This document shows positions 48,781 through 58,954 of a stretch of DNA of 64,000 bases, piece by piece. The notes under the pieces were generated by a model, which was not told the origin of the DNA, did not search any database, and worked only from the letters and a program-made list of their open reading frames with translations. Where the stretch lies: positions 2,589 through 66,588 of the forward strand of contig CAYJXI010000008.1 of assembly GCA_964374105.1 (NCBI GenBank), in the 5' to 3' direction. Every line of letters starts with the position of its first letter. The stretch's first letter is position 1. Origin of the DNA: an uncultured Planctomycetales bacterium (GTDB taxonomy: Bacteria; Omnitrophota; Gorgyraeia; Zapsychrales; JANLHA01). Both the position numbers and the translations under genes were made by a program.

Positions 48781-50213
48781 TGTCCATTCTTTGAATCAGC
48801 AGGAACCCATTTTAACTTTAACCATAGATTGCAAATGATATCCCTCAAGATAAGCGGATTACCTATTTTGTTCGGAGAATAGAGTCGCAGACTTTTCACA
48901 ATGCGAAAGACCCTGATAGGGTTTGAATACCACTTGCGGTAAAAACTTTTTATCGCTCTGCTGGCTTCATCATTGCTATTATAAATAATATTTTGGTAGG
49001 AGCGGTCCTCAAAAACGGCTTCATTATCTTCATTTAAAGATTGATCTTTATACAATCCTGTTGTCGGTAAGGCTATATATTTTGACAAAGTTACGAAATC
49101 CGTATCTAATTCAAAGGCCAAATCGAGTGTTTTTTTGTAGTCTTCTTTATTTTCCCAAGGGAAACCTATCAGAAGAAATATTTCCGTGGCGACTCCATGC
49201 TTTTTAGCCAACGCAACGCCTTTTTTGACATCATCGAGCGAAAGGTCTTTTTTGAGCCGTTCAATCGTTTTGGGGCTGCCTGATTCGGGCGCAAAATTAA
49301 CCACCCACAAGCCGGCTTCTTTTAGCTTCCGCATTGTTTCTTCATCAATAAAATCTGCTCTGATACCGCTCGTAAAATGCAGCTTTACCTTTATGCCCCT
49401 TCGTATAATTTCATCGCAAATTTCTATGACCCTATTTTTATTCAACGTAAAATTCTCATCAACAATGCCGATATCCTTGATGCCAAATTTTGTTACTTGC
49501 CATTCTATCTCGTCAACCACATTGTTGGGAGATCGTGTTCTAAAATTCCTTCCCATATTATGATAACAAAATGTGCACTCATAAGGACATCCCCGCGATG
49601 TGATGATGTAAGAAGACGGCCATTCTCTGGAAAACATGATGTGATACTTTTTTATGTCAATTTTGTCTAAAGCTGGGAATGGCAAGGGGTCGAGGTCCTG
49701 CATCCAATCCCTTGTTCCGGTGAAATTCAGCCGATCATTTTCTCGATAATATAATCCTTTAATTTCTGGCTGTGGTTTTCTGGAAAGATACTCATAAAAT
49801 GTTTGCTCGGCCTCACCGACTACGACCACATCAATATATTTTTCTCGCATGAGGATCTTGGGGTAAGCGCTGGCAAACGGGCCTCCAAAGATTATTCTCG
49901 TGTCAGGTTTCTTTTGCTTTATGGAGAGCGCTGTGGTCAGACTTTTTTTAATATTATTAATGGTCACGCTAAAACCAATGGTGTCATATTTTGTGTAGTC
50001 AACATGTTTTGAGTGATCAACATTGCGATCAAGGAAATCACCAGGTATTCCCCTGTGTTCCAGAAATGACAAGATATACAGAGGTCCTAGGTGGATGGCC
50101 GTTCCCAAATATTCCGGTTTAGCAGGGGATTCAACAACTAAGAGTAATTTAGTTTGAGTAGCTGTCCCCCTAGGCCTATTACCCTTTTCTAATAAAACAT
50201 TTTCATGCTGCAT
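48777..50213 (-). CDS. B12-binding radical SAM, tandem paralog A
   Basis: SRGCPYECTFCYHNMGRNFRTRSP. The start at 50213 (MQHENV..., aligning KLLLVVESP to KILIVVERS of its paralogs) is preferred over the 50267 ORF-track start, which overlaps the upstream gene by 37 nt. Confidence 0.7.
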   Translation of the reverse strand: MQHENVLLEKGNRPRGTATQTKLLLVVESPAKPEYLGTAIHLGPLYILSFLEHRGIPGDFLDRNVDHSKHVDYTKYDTIGFSVTINNIKKSLTTALSIKQKKPDTRIIFGGPFASAYPKILMREKYIDVVVVGEAEQTFYEYLSRKPQPEIKGLYYRENDRLNFTGTRDWMQDLDPLPFPALDKIDIKKYHIMFSREWPSSYIITSRGCPYECTFCYHNMGRNFRTRSPNNVVDEIEWQVTKFGIKDIGIVDENFTLNKNRVIEICDEIIRRGIKVKLHFTSGIRADFIDEETMRKLKEAGLWVVNFAPESGSPKTIERLKKDLSLDDVKKGVALAKKHGVATEIFLLIGFPWENKEDYKKTLDLAFELDTDFVTLSKYIALPTTGLYKDQSLNEDNEAVFEDRSYQNIIYNSNDEASRAIKSFYRKWYSNPIRVFRIVKSLRLYSPNKIGNPLILRDIICNLWLKLKWVPADSKNGQ

Positions 50214-50230
50214 TGAACAGGCTTTCAAGG

Positions 50231-51613
50231 TTATTTCTCCCTGATGGGTAATCCTAATTTCATCCACGAATTAACCATCATAATTTTGAACATATTGGGG
50301 TTAAATAATTTGTTGGGTGAATAAAGATTCAATATTCTTGCCAAACGCATCACCCTGCGTGGATCTGCATACCATCTACGATAAAAGTCTTTTACCATTT
50401 TAGAGGCTTCATCGTCTCCTTGGTAGGCGTAATTATTGTACAATCGATCGCTAAAGAGGTTGATTTTATCTTCTTGTGTCAATTCACTTGGTTGCAGTTG
50501 TGTGCCTGGAAAGGGGATATATCTGTTCAATGAGACAAAATCAACATCTAATTCATACGGCACGGCAAGGGTTTGTCTATAATCTTCCTTGGATTCCCAA
50601 GGCAGGCCTAACAAGAGGAATATTTCCGTTGCAACGCCATATTTTTTGGCTATCCCTATTGCCTTTTGCATATCGTTGCTTTTAAATCCCTTTTTCAATC
50701 GCTCGATTGTCTGAGGGCTACCTGATTCTGGCGCAAAATTAATAACCCATAAGCCGGCGTCCCGTAATTTCCTCATCATTTCATCATCGACGAAGTCTGC
50801 TCTTACACCATTGGAGAACTGCAATTTTACTTTAATCTTCCTTTGGATGATCTCATCGCAAATTTCAATGACTCTTTTGCGGTCAAGGGTAAAATTGTCA
50901 TCAACAATCCCGATCTCTTTGACACCTAAAGAATTGATTTGCCATTCGATTTCATCGACAACATTCTGGGGGGATCGTACCCGCCATTTTTTCCCCATAT
51001 TATGAAAACAAAATGTGCAAGGATAGGGGCAACCCCGGGTTGTCATAATATAGGAAATAGGAGAGGCCTTTGCAAAAAAGCTATGGTATTTTTTAATGTT
51101 GGTTTTATATAGCGCGGGGAAGGGGAGAGCATCGAGATCTTTGATCCACGGCCTGTTTCCCGTAAAGTGGACATTCCCATTTTCCCGAAAGTATAAGCCC
51201 AGAATATCTTTTTTATTTTTCCGGATGACGCATTCATAAAATGTCTCTTCGCCTTCTCCAATGACAACAGCATCAATATACTCTTCCTGCATGAGAAGCT
51301 GCGGATAGGAGCTGGCGAAGGGCCCTCCAAAAATGATTTGAGTTTCGGGTTTATTACGTTTAATGGATTGTGCCGTGAAGAGGCTCCCTTTTATGTTATT
51401 GACGTTTGTGCTGAAGCCCACTATCTCATAGTTGGCGAGATCAATAATTTTAGTAGGATCAACCGTTCGGTCTAAAAAGTCTCCGTTGATTCCTTTTTGT
51501 TCAAGATAGGAAAGAAGATACAAGGGTCCTAACCAAAGCTGATTTTCCTGACAGTAGGGTAGCGTGCTCCTTTCCACAACAATCAATATCTTAGGCGCAG
51601 CATTTTTAATCAC
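50231..51613 (-). CDS. B12-binding radical SAM, tandem paralog B
   Basis: TRGCPYPCTFCFHNMGKKWRVRSP. About 75% aa identity to paralog C by eye. Confidence 0.75.
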   Translation of the reverse strand: MIKNAAPKILIVVERSTLPYCQENQLWLGPLYLLSYLEQKGINGDFLDRTVDPTKIIDLANYEIVGFSTNVNNIKGSLFTAQSIKRNKPETQIIFGGPFASSYPQLLMQEEYIDAVVIGEGEETFYECVIRKNKKDILGLYFRENGNVHFTGNRPWIKDLDALPFPALYKTNIKKYHSFFAKASPISYIMTTRGCPYPCTFCFHNMGKKWRVRSPQNVVDEIEWQINSLGVKEIGIVDDNFTLDRKRVIEICDEIIQRKIKVKLQFSNGVRADFVDDEMMRKLRDAGLWVINFAPESGSPQTIERLKKGFKSNDMQKAIGIAKKYGVATEIFLLLGLPWESKEDYRQTLAVPYELDVDFVSLNRYIPFPGTQLQPSELTQEDKINLFSDRLYNNYAYQGDDEASKMVKDFYRRWYADPRRVMRLARILNLYSPNKLFNPNMFKIMMVNSWMKLGLPIREK

Positions 51614-51618
51614 GGCAT

Positions 51619-53028
51619 TTATCCTTTCACATAGTTGCGATATAGATTACTCTGCCAAGGCAGTGAGCCTAATTTCAGCCACGAATTTTCCATGATATTT
51701 TTTAACATATCAGGGTTAAATAGTTTTTTGGGGGAATAAAGATTCAACATCTTGGCTATGCGTAGAACTCGTCGCGGGCTAGAATACCATTTGCCATAAA
51801 AGGCTCGCATCATTTGCGACACTTCATCCTTTCTATCATAGGCGAAACTATTGTATAATCGGTCGTTAAAAAGGTTTTCTTTATCTTCTTGCGTCAATTC
51901 GTTTGGCTGAAGGGGTGTGCCTGGAAATGGAATGTATCTGTGTAATCCAACAAAATCCACATCTAATTCATACGGTAAGGCAAGGGTTTGTTGATAATCT
52001 TCTTTGGTTTCCCAAGGGAAGCCTAGCATGAGAAATATTTCCGTGGCGACACCATATTTTTTGGCGATAGCTACTGCCTTTTGCATATCATCTTCTTTAA
52101 ATCCTTTTTTCAAACGTTCAATCGTCTGAGGGCTTCCTGATTCAGGAGCAAAATTGATCACCCATAAACCAGCATCGCTTAATTTTTTCATCATTTCATC
52201 ATCAACAAAATCAGCTCTAACCCCATTGGTGAACTGTAATTTGACGTTAATCTTCCTTCGAATGATCTCATCGCAAACGTCGATCACTCTTTTGCGGTCA
52301 AGGGTGAAGTTGTCATCAATAATGCCGATTTCTTTGATACTTAAGGAATTGACCTGCCATTCGATTTCATCAACGACGTTTTGAGGGGAACGTGCACGCC
52401 ATTTTTTTCCCATGTTGTGAAAGCAAAATGTACAAGGGTAAGGGCAACCCCGGGTTGTGATAAGGTAGGAAATAGGTGAGGTTTTTGCAGAAAGGTTTTG
52501 GTATTTTTGAATTTTGGTCTTATGTAATGCCGGGAAGGGAAGAGAATCAAGGTTTTTGATCCAAGGCCTGGGACCCGTAAAATGGACACGGCCACATCCC
52601 CGATAATATAAGCCTTGAATCTCACTTTCTTTCTTCCCGCAGACAAATTCATAAAAACTTTCTTCGCCTTCGCCCACCACAGCCGCATCGATATATTCTT
52701 CTCCCATAAGAAGCTGTGGATAGGAACTGGCAAACGGTCCTCCAAAGACGACTTTAATATCAGGTTTAATACGTTTGATTTTTTGCGCTGTTGCAAGGCT
52801 TAATTTTATGTTATTGACATTCGCGCTGAAACCCACAACATCGTATGATGAATAGTCAATAACTCTTAATGGCTCAACGCTTCGATCAACAAAATCCCCG
52901 CTGATTCCTTTTTGTTCGAGATAAGAGAGGATATACAAAGGGCCTAGCCAAAACTGAGATCCTTGATAGGATGGTGCCGTACTTCTCTCAACGATAATCA
53001 ATATTTTAGGCTGAGAATGGTCAATCAT
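51619..53028 (-). CDS. B12-binding radical SAM, tandem paralog C
   Basis: TRGCPYPCTFCFHNMGKKWRARSP. Confidence 0.75.
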   Translation of the reverse strand: MIDHSQPKILIIVERSTAPSYQGSQFWLGPLYILSYLEQKGISGDFVDRSVEPLRVIDYSSYDVVGFSANVNNIKLSLATAQKIKRIKPDIKVVFGGPFASSYPQLLMGEEYIDAAVVGEGEESFYEFVCGKKESEIQGLYYRGCGRVHFTGPRPWIKNLDSLPFPALHKTKIQKYQNLSAKTSPISYLITTRGCPYPCTFCFHNMGKKWRARSPQNVVDEIEWQVNSLSIKEIGIIDDNFTLDRKRVIDVCDEIIRRKINVKLQFTNGVRADFVDDEMMKKLSDAGLWVINFAPESGSPQTIERLKKGFKEDDMQKAVAIAKKYGVATEIFLMLGFPWETKEDYQQTLALPYELDVDFVGLHRYIPFPGTPLQPNELTQEDKENLFNDRLYNSFAYDRKDEVSQMMRAFYGKWYSSPRRVLRIAKMLNLYSPKKLFNPDMLKNIMENSWLKLGSLPWQSNLYRNYVKG

Positions 53029-53033
53029 GGGGT

Positions 53034-54380
53034 TTATCCTTTTGCATAAAAGACTTCCAGGCCGTACTTAACAAATCTCAAGAATGATTTTATACCAATT
53101 TTATTAATGATTTCCATTATCTTGAGAGGTCTTGAATAGAAGCGGTAGTAGGCATTTCTGTATATCCTTTCGAGAAAATCATCACTTTGTTTGTCATAGT
53201 AAGTGGTCATGGATTCCTGGATCCGGCCGCTTAAGGCAGGATTTTTCTCGTAAACTTCGGTTCCTTTAAAGGGTACAAGTTTGCTTAAATCCATCATGAG
53301 CGGGTCAAGCTCAAAGGCAAATTCGACCGTCTTTTTCATATCTTCCTCTGTCTGAAAGGGGAGCCCGATAAGGAAAAATCCATAGAAGACAATATCCAAT
53401 TCCTTACACCATTTTGCCGCGTGACGGAACTGGTCTATTTTTGCCGCCTTCTTGATTTTTTTGAGGCTTTCGGCATCACCGACTTCCGGGGCAATGGCGA
53501 TCTTCCAGCATCCGGCTTCTTTCATGGCCTGAAGCAGTTCTTTGGTCATTTTGTTGACGGTGATACCGTTGGCCAGTTGCCAGTCAAGTTTGATCCCTTT
53601 TTTTCTTTTCAATTCACATATTTGATAAACACGGTCGATGTCATAAGTGAAATTATCGTCTTCAATAGAAATTTCCTTGACACCAATTTCTTTTTCAAGC
53701 CATTCCATTTCCGCCACAATATTTTCCGGTGAGCGTGAACGCCATTTTCTGCCTGTTACTTTTTGGCTGCAGAAGATGCAGTGCGAAGGGCACCCGCGGG
53801 AGGTGACCATGGAGACCAGCGGTCTTTTTTTGTAAGAATTGATGTAATATTTGTCAACGCTGATCATGTCATAGGCCGGGAAAGGCAGGGTGTCCAACTC
53901 CCAGACGGGATCATATTTGTTGATAATTTTAGAGATTTTTGTTTCGTTTTGCCTGAATTCTTCCATGGGGCCGTTTTTGGCCGTTAAGAAATCCAGGATC
54001 ACTTTTTCTGCCTCATACTGGATAATGTAATCGATAGAAGCCTGGTCATACTCCGCGGGCTCGATGGTAGGGTGAGGGCCGCCGACAAGGGTAACGACAT
54101 CTTTGTCAAGCTCTTTGATAGCCGAGGCCAATTTAATAGTCATATTCCGGTTTGAAAAATTTGAAGACAACCCAACGGTGGTCGGTTTGTATTCATTCAC
54201 AATTGAGGCTAAATCTTTTTCCCAATTCCTGCTTATATTTAAATCCACAACCTTGACATTGACACCATGTTGTCTTAGGTAGGAGGCGATGTATAAAATA
54301 CCCAGCGGGGGTTGGATGGAAATATAATATAGCTTATCCGAAGGGGGATTGATTAATAAAACCTTTTCATTTTTATCCAT
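53034..54380 (-). CDS. B12-binding radical SAM (HpnJ-like position in a GT2-deacetylase-rSAM triad)
   Basis: SRGCPSHCIFCSQKVTGRKWRSRSP and an N-terminal B12 domain. Confidence 0.7.
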   Translation of the reverse strand: MDKNEKVLLINPPSDKLYYISIQPPLGILYIASYLRQHGVNVKVVDLNISRNWEKDLASIVNEYKPTTVGLSSNFSNRNMTIKLASAIKELDKDVVTLVGGPHPTIEPAEYDQASIDYIIQYEAEKVILDFLTAKNGPMEEFRQNETKISKIINKYDPVWELDTLPFPAYDMISVDKYYINSYKKRPLVSMVTSRGCPSHCIFCSQKVTGRKWRSRSPENIVAEMEWLEKEIGVKEISIEDDNFTYDIDRVYQICELKRKKGIKLDWQLANGITVNKMTKELLQAMKEAGCWKIAIAPEVGDAESLKKIKKAAKIDQFRHAAKWCKELDIVFYGFFLIGLPFQTEEDMKKTVEFAFELDPLMMDLSKLVPFKGTEVYEKNPALSGRIQESMTTYYDKQSDDFLERIYRNAYYRFYSRPLKIMEIINKIGIKSFLRFVKYGLEVFYAKG

Positions 54381-55242
54381 AGAAGCTCCGATAATTTATT
54401 AAATTGACGTTCAATTGATGGATTAAATGGAAAATTTCTGGATTGGTTAAGGCCTCGCGTTCCGTCTGCCACCCGTAATTCCAGTGTTGATAGGGGCCCG
54501 CCAAGAGTTTGTTCCCTGGATGACACATCAATTCGGTCACTCCCTGGTTTAGATATGATAAATATTTGTTTAAATTTTTCTCATTCATTTTTCCGGAAGC
54601 ACCAAGTCCTAAAAAATAATCTGCACGCTTCCCATCAAGATTATTTTTTTCTATAGGAATGAAATTTAAAAGACTCCTTATACAGAGCCATTTCAGGAAA
54701 TGGCTAAAAGAAGCACATCCGGCGATGTTTTCTTCAAGAGGATAACGGACAAAATGAATGCGGTATTGTTGGCATACCCGTTTCACGATACTCCATAGGC
54801 TTGGGAATATATGGATGTGCTGATGGCTATCGAGATGCGTTGGAAGTAAACCAGCATCCAGAACTTTTTTGATTTGGGCTTCCCACTCATGCTCAATCTC
54901 AGCAAGGCAGATCTTCCTTGTAAGCAGTCTCAAGATAACCTCCCAGCAGTTCTCATAAAATCGATTTGCCCGATTCAGAAGAGTTGGGATATATCGCTGT
55001 GGTAAAACGGGGGAAGTATGTGTTAAAGCCAAATGGACTCCCACCCCCAAACCAATATTTTCCTTGATGAGCTTCAGCGCATGATCAAAGGCCTCACCGG
55101 TCGCAAGGAGGGAGACACTGGTGACAATGCCTTTTTGGTGCGATTCAATAATGCCATTATTAATTTCTTCGGTTAAACCGAAATCATCGGCATTAACAAT
55201 GAGATATTTTTTCGTTTGTTTTATCGAGTCAAGAGTCATCAA
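54373..55242 (-). CDS. YdjC/ChbG-family carbohydrate deacetylase (HpnK-like)
   Basis: YLIVNADDFGLTEEINNGIIESHQKGIVTSVSLLATG and THLDSHQHIH metal-binding motif. Confidence 0.65.
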   Translation of the reverse strand: MMTLDSIKQTKKYLIVNADDFGLTEEINNGIIESHQKGIVTSVSLLATGEAFDHALKLIKENIGLGVGVHLALTHTSPVLPQRYIPTLLNRANRFYENCWEVILRLLTRKICLAEIEHEWEAQIKKVLDAGLLPTHLDSHQHIHIFPSLWSIVKRVCQQYRIHFVRYPLEENIAGCASFSHFLKWLCIRSLLNFIPIEKNNLDGKRADYFLGLGASGKMNEKNLNKYLSYLNQGVTELMCHPGNKLLAGPYQHWNYGWQTEREALTNPEIFHLIHQLNVNLINYRSFYG

Positions 55243-55253
55243 TAGCTATAAAT

Positions 55254-55982
55254 CTAATAATAGAGCGATCTGATTTCGGGATAATATTTTATTATTTCGT
55301 ATATGGTTCTCGAAATGTTACTGAGAGACGCAAGATGTGATCGTCCATATTTTCGTTGGTTAAAGGTGACCGGTATATTGATGACTTTAAAACCATTGTA
55401 ATAACTTTTTAGTAAAAATTCAGCGCTGATAAATGATCCGTTAGCGGAAAGGGAGATTTTATCTAACACGTCTCGCTTAAATATCGTCATCGCAAAATTG
55501 ATGTCATTTGTTTTATAACCAAAGATAATCCTTATGAGGAAATTATAAGTGCGAGAATACACCGTACGCAAAAAAGATTCTCTCTTCCCAACTCTATATC
55601 CATGGACAACATCTGTTTCCTCAAGTAGCGTAACGGCATCTTTTAATATGGAAAAATCAAAAGGCATATCGACATCGGTATAGACGATAGTGTTTTTCTT
55701 CGCCTTATTAAATCCTGTTTTCAATGCCGCCCCCAAGCCTTTATTTTTGTCATGTTGAAAAACTTTTATTCGAGAATCCCCAGCCGCAAGCTTGAGTGCA
55801 ATGGTTTCTGATCCATCAAAGCTGGCATCATTGACGAGAATGATTTCATAGTCGGCCTCCAGGGAATTCAACACATTTTGGGCTTTGGCTATGGTCATTT
55901 GTAAATATTCAATTTCATTATAGAAGGGCATAACCAGAGAAAGGGATGTTTTCATTTTATCTTCCATTTGGGAAAAATTCAT
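55254..55982 (-). CDS. GT2-family glycosyltransferase (HpnI-like position)
   Basis: LSLVMPFYNEIEYL...EIILVNDASFDGS...YTDVDMPFD. Confidence 0.7.
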   Translation of the reverse strand: MNFSQMEDKMKTSLSLVMPFYNEIEYLQMTIAKAQNVLNSLEADYEIILVNDASFDGSETIALKLAAGDSRIKVFQHDKNKGLGAALKTGFNKAKKNTIVYTDVDMPFDFSILKDAVTLLEETDVVHGYRVGKRESFLRTVYSRTYNFLIRIIFGYKTNDINFAMTIFKRDVLDKISLSANGSFISAEFLLKSYYNGFKVINIPVTFNQRKYGRSHLASLSNISRTIYEIIKYYPEIRSLYY

Positions 55983-56016
55983 AATAAACGAACAGGATGA
56001 AAACTTTTCTAAATGA

Positions 56017-57462
56017 CTAATTTCTTGCTAATAGGTATTCATAGATTCGCTTAAAAATAAAATAAATCTGATAAGGCGATTTGATCTTACGTAATAGCTT
56101 AATAAGGATATGCCATCGCAAATAAAACCGCAGGTAGGCTCGTCTGACTATCGTTCGCTGGATATTTTTTTCTTTATTGTCTTGAAATCGATTGGTGATG
56201 TGAGCGGGAGAGGAAAGCCGTTCGTAATTGAGCTGATTTACGGCATCCTGACCATAGACGCGATTGATCACAGATCCCCCCGGGAGCGGCAGAAAATTGC
56301 TAAAATCAGCTACGTCTAACGGTAAGGAGCGAGCAAATTGTATTGTCTTATTCATATCGGCTTCTGTCTCACCGGGAAACCCCAGTATAAAAAACCCAGT
56401 GACATCAAAATCGAATTTTTTAATGATCTCCATTTTGGAAACGATCTCTTTAAGGCGCAATCCTTTTCTCATTCTATTTAAGGTTTCTTGGGAACCAGAT
56501 TCTATGGCGACAAATAATGAATAACATCCGGCTTGTCTCATTTTTTCTAGCAAAGGTTCATTCAGGCTGTCAATCCGAACACCATTGGGACAACTCCAGG
56601 CAATGTTTACCTTTTGATCTAAAAGCACATTACAAAACGATGTAACAAATTCATTATCTTCGGTGAAATCATCATCCAAAAAATGGAACTCTTCAATGTT
56701 ATATTCTTTTTTAAGATGAAGGATCTCCTGGATAATATGGGGGATGCTTCTTTTCCTGATTTTTCTCCCCGTCACGGTATGGGCAGCACAAAAGGAACAA
56801 TAATGAGGACATCCCCTCGTTGCAAAGAGAGGGGCAAACCGGCTTTTTTTATAAAAAACCCCTTGGCAGGTTTTAAAATATTTTTTAGGGTCAACCACAT
56901 CCCAGGCTGGGAATCCAAAAGAATCGAGATTATCTTCAAACGATTGGGGGTTGATGCGTACTTGGTGGTCGTCACGATAAATAAGCCCGGGGATATGTCT
57001 TAATCTGTCTGGACGATAGGTCCCATTCGTTTTAACCGATTCTAAAAGTTGAGGGAAGCCGATTTCCGCTTCCCCTTTGAAGGCAAAGTCCACGTTATCC
57101 AAAAATTGCATTGTATGTTCCGCAGCAGCGGAAGAGTGTGGTCCTCCTACCACGGTCAATATATCTTTTGAAACTCCTTTTTTTATTGCCTCGGTGACAC
57201 GTTTGACCATAGGCACATCATGCGATAACATGCTTAGTCCAATAACATTCGGTTTTTTTTCCTTAATGATTGTTATAAGCTCAGCCAAGGAAAAATTGTC
57301 GCAAACACAATCCAAGATTTGGGTTTTTTCACAATGATTTTTGATGGATGTAGCCAGGTAACCTAACCCAAGGGGAGGCATGATATGAAAGACAGCCTGT
57401 TGAGGTTGAGGGGGTTTAACTAACAGTACTTTCATTTCATTAAGGCAGATGTGTATAGACAA
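56017..57462 (-). CDS. B12-binding (class B) radical SAM protein
   Basis: TRGCPHYCSFCAAHTVTGRKIRKRS. Confidence 0.75.
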   Translation of the reverse strand: MSIHICLNEMKVLLVKPPQPQQAVFHIMPPLGLGYLATSIKNHCEKTQILDCVCDNFSLAELITIIKEKKPNVIGLSMLSHDVPMVKRVTEAIKKGVSKDILTVVGGPHSSAAAEHTMQFLDNVDFAFKGEAEIGFPQLLESVKTNGTYRPDRLRHIPGLIYRDDHQVRINPQSFEDNLDSFGFPAWDVVDPKKYFKTCQGVFYKKSRFAPLFATRGCPHYCSFCAAHTVTGRKIRKRSIPHIIQEILHLKKEYNIEEFHFLDDDFTEDNEFVTSFCNVLLDQKVNIAWSCPNGVRIDSLNEPLLEKMRQAGCYSLFVAIESGSQETLNRMRKGLRLKEIVSKMEIIKKFDFDVTGFFILGFPGETEADMNKTIQFARSLPLDVADFSNFLPLPGGSVINRVYGQDAVNQLNYERLSSPAHITNRFQDNKEKNIQRTIVRRAYLRFYLRWHILIKLLRKIKSPYQIYFIFKRIYEYLLARN

Positions 57463-57583
57463 AAAATTAGGACATTCGGATAAAAGTGTTTAACAACGCA
57501 ACCGACTCGTCTTAAAACTTAATATGAATATAACTTAAAACTAATTCTAATTCAAGGGAAAAAGCGGCGTTCAATTGATCAGA

Positions 57584-58954
57584 TTAATGTTGGATTGTCG
57601 ATAGAATCTCATTTGCGCGGCCGACTAACATCTTGTCGTTTGTTTTGGATAAGACCCAATAGCATCTATCAATAGCCCAATCATATTCGCCGGCCAGCCG
57701 GTAGATCTCAGCTTTGTTTAAATAGTAAACATACAACTCTTTTTTAGGAAGTGCAAATTGACTTTCCGGTAAATTGATAAAATAAATGGAATGGAGAAGA
57801 AAATAAATCATCAAACCCGTTATAACGAATTTAAAGAAACGGTGCTTTTGTAAAATATCGTTGAGCATATAAGAAAATAAGATAACACCCGGAAACAGGG
57901 TCATCCCTGCCCACCAATGATCATCCAGTAAGGAATAAGATCCCGCAATAAAGCTGGTTATCGTAAACACAAAGCCAAACATAAATAGAGAAAATTTTAT
58001 TAACTCAGTTTTATTTTTTTGTTTAAAACAATAAAAAAATCCCCAAAAAATTAATACCCCTAAAGGCCAATGAATCACAGGCAATTCATTGCTAAGCGCG
58101 CTTAAGAATATTAATTTGCCATCAGGTGCGATAAAAGAGATTGAATCGATATTTGAATCCCAAATAAACAAATGAAAATGTTCATTGAGAATAGGAAGCA
58201 ACTCAGCAAAATATAAATAAAATGATCTGAGGCTAACCCCCAAATCGAAGAAATGTTCACTGCTAATTTTGCTGAATTTATTCTCGTAACTCCAAAGCAA
58301 ATGGGGTGAGAAAATGAGGAACATGATCAAAAGCGAAAAATAAAATTCCTTACGTCTCAGCCAAAACCTGTGGTTTCTATTGACTATTAAATAAAAAAGG
58401 AGGGTTGAGGCAAATAAGACCATCCCCTCGTAAGCCAAACAACCAAACCCAATGAAAATAGCCGTAAACATCACATATTTTGCCTTCTGTGTATGCAGTC
58501 CTCGAAAAAAAGTATACAAAGCCAAAGGCATAAAAAAGAAAAATAAAGTCCCTTCATACGCAAAGCGTGTTACCCCGATATGATATTGGCTAAATGAGAG
58601 GAAATAAAGGGTCAAAAAAGCTGTTTTAGTTTTCAGATTTTCTTCTACGAGCTTGAATATAAAAAAAAGGCCCAAGGTCCCTAAGGCAACAAATAGCAGA
58701 CGAATTTCTAGCTGACCTGTACCGAAGAGAGCAACGCCTAGTTTAATGATATAAGTAGAGAGTATAGGGTTTTGTAAATCCTTATCCCCAATAGGGAGTT
58801 TCCAATGATCTCGAGCCAATGAGATATTTTTAATAAAATCGATGAGTTCTTGTTCATCAGGGATAAAAGGAACGAGACAGGATGTATAAAGCCGAAAAAG
58901 GCCGGCTATAATTAAGAGAAGGGATATTAGAAAAAACCGGGGCTTTCTTCTCAA
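57584..58954 (-). CDS. GT-C fold glycosyltransferase, ArnT/PMT_2-like
   Basis: FIPDEQELIDF...PILSTYIIKLGVALFGTGQLEIRLLFVALG matches the PMT_2 DE...KPPL...RL pattern. Multi-TM. Confidence 0.5.
   Translation of the reverse strand: MRRKPRFFLISLLLIIAGLFRLYTSCLVPFIPDEQELIDFIKNISLARDHWKLPIGDKDLQNPILSTYIIKLGVALFGTGQLEIRLLFVALGTLGLFFIFKLVEENLKTKTAFLTLYFLSFSQYHIGVTRFAYEGTLFFFFMPLALYTFFRGLHTQKAKYVMFTAIFIGFGCLAYEGMVLFASTLLFYLIVNRNHRFWLRRKEFYFSLLIMFLIFSPHLLWSYENKFSKISSEHFFDLGVSLRSFYLYFAELLPILNEHFHLFIWDSNIDSISFIAPDGKLIFLSALSNELPVIHWPLGVLIFWGFFYCFKQKNKTELIKFSLFMFGFVFTITSFIAGSYSLLDDHWWAGMTLFPGVILFSYMLNDILQKHRFFKFVITGLMIYFLLHSIYFINLPESQFALPKKELYVYYLNKAEIYRLAGEYDWAIDRCYWVLSKTNDKMLVGRANEILSTIQH

Noticed and set aside
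53034-57462. Calling the region a hopanoid (hpn) biosynthesis cluster
   Set aside because: Only the HpnI/J/K-like enzyme classes are present. No squalene-hopene cyclase, HpnH or HpnG is in the window, so I report it only as an analogous module.
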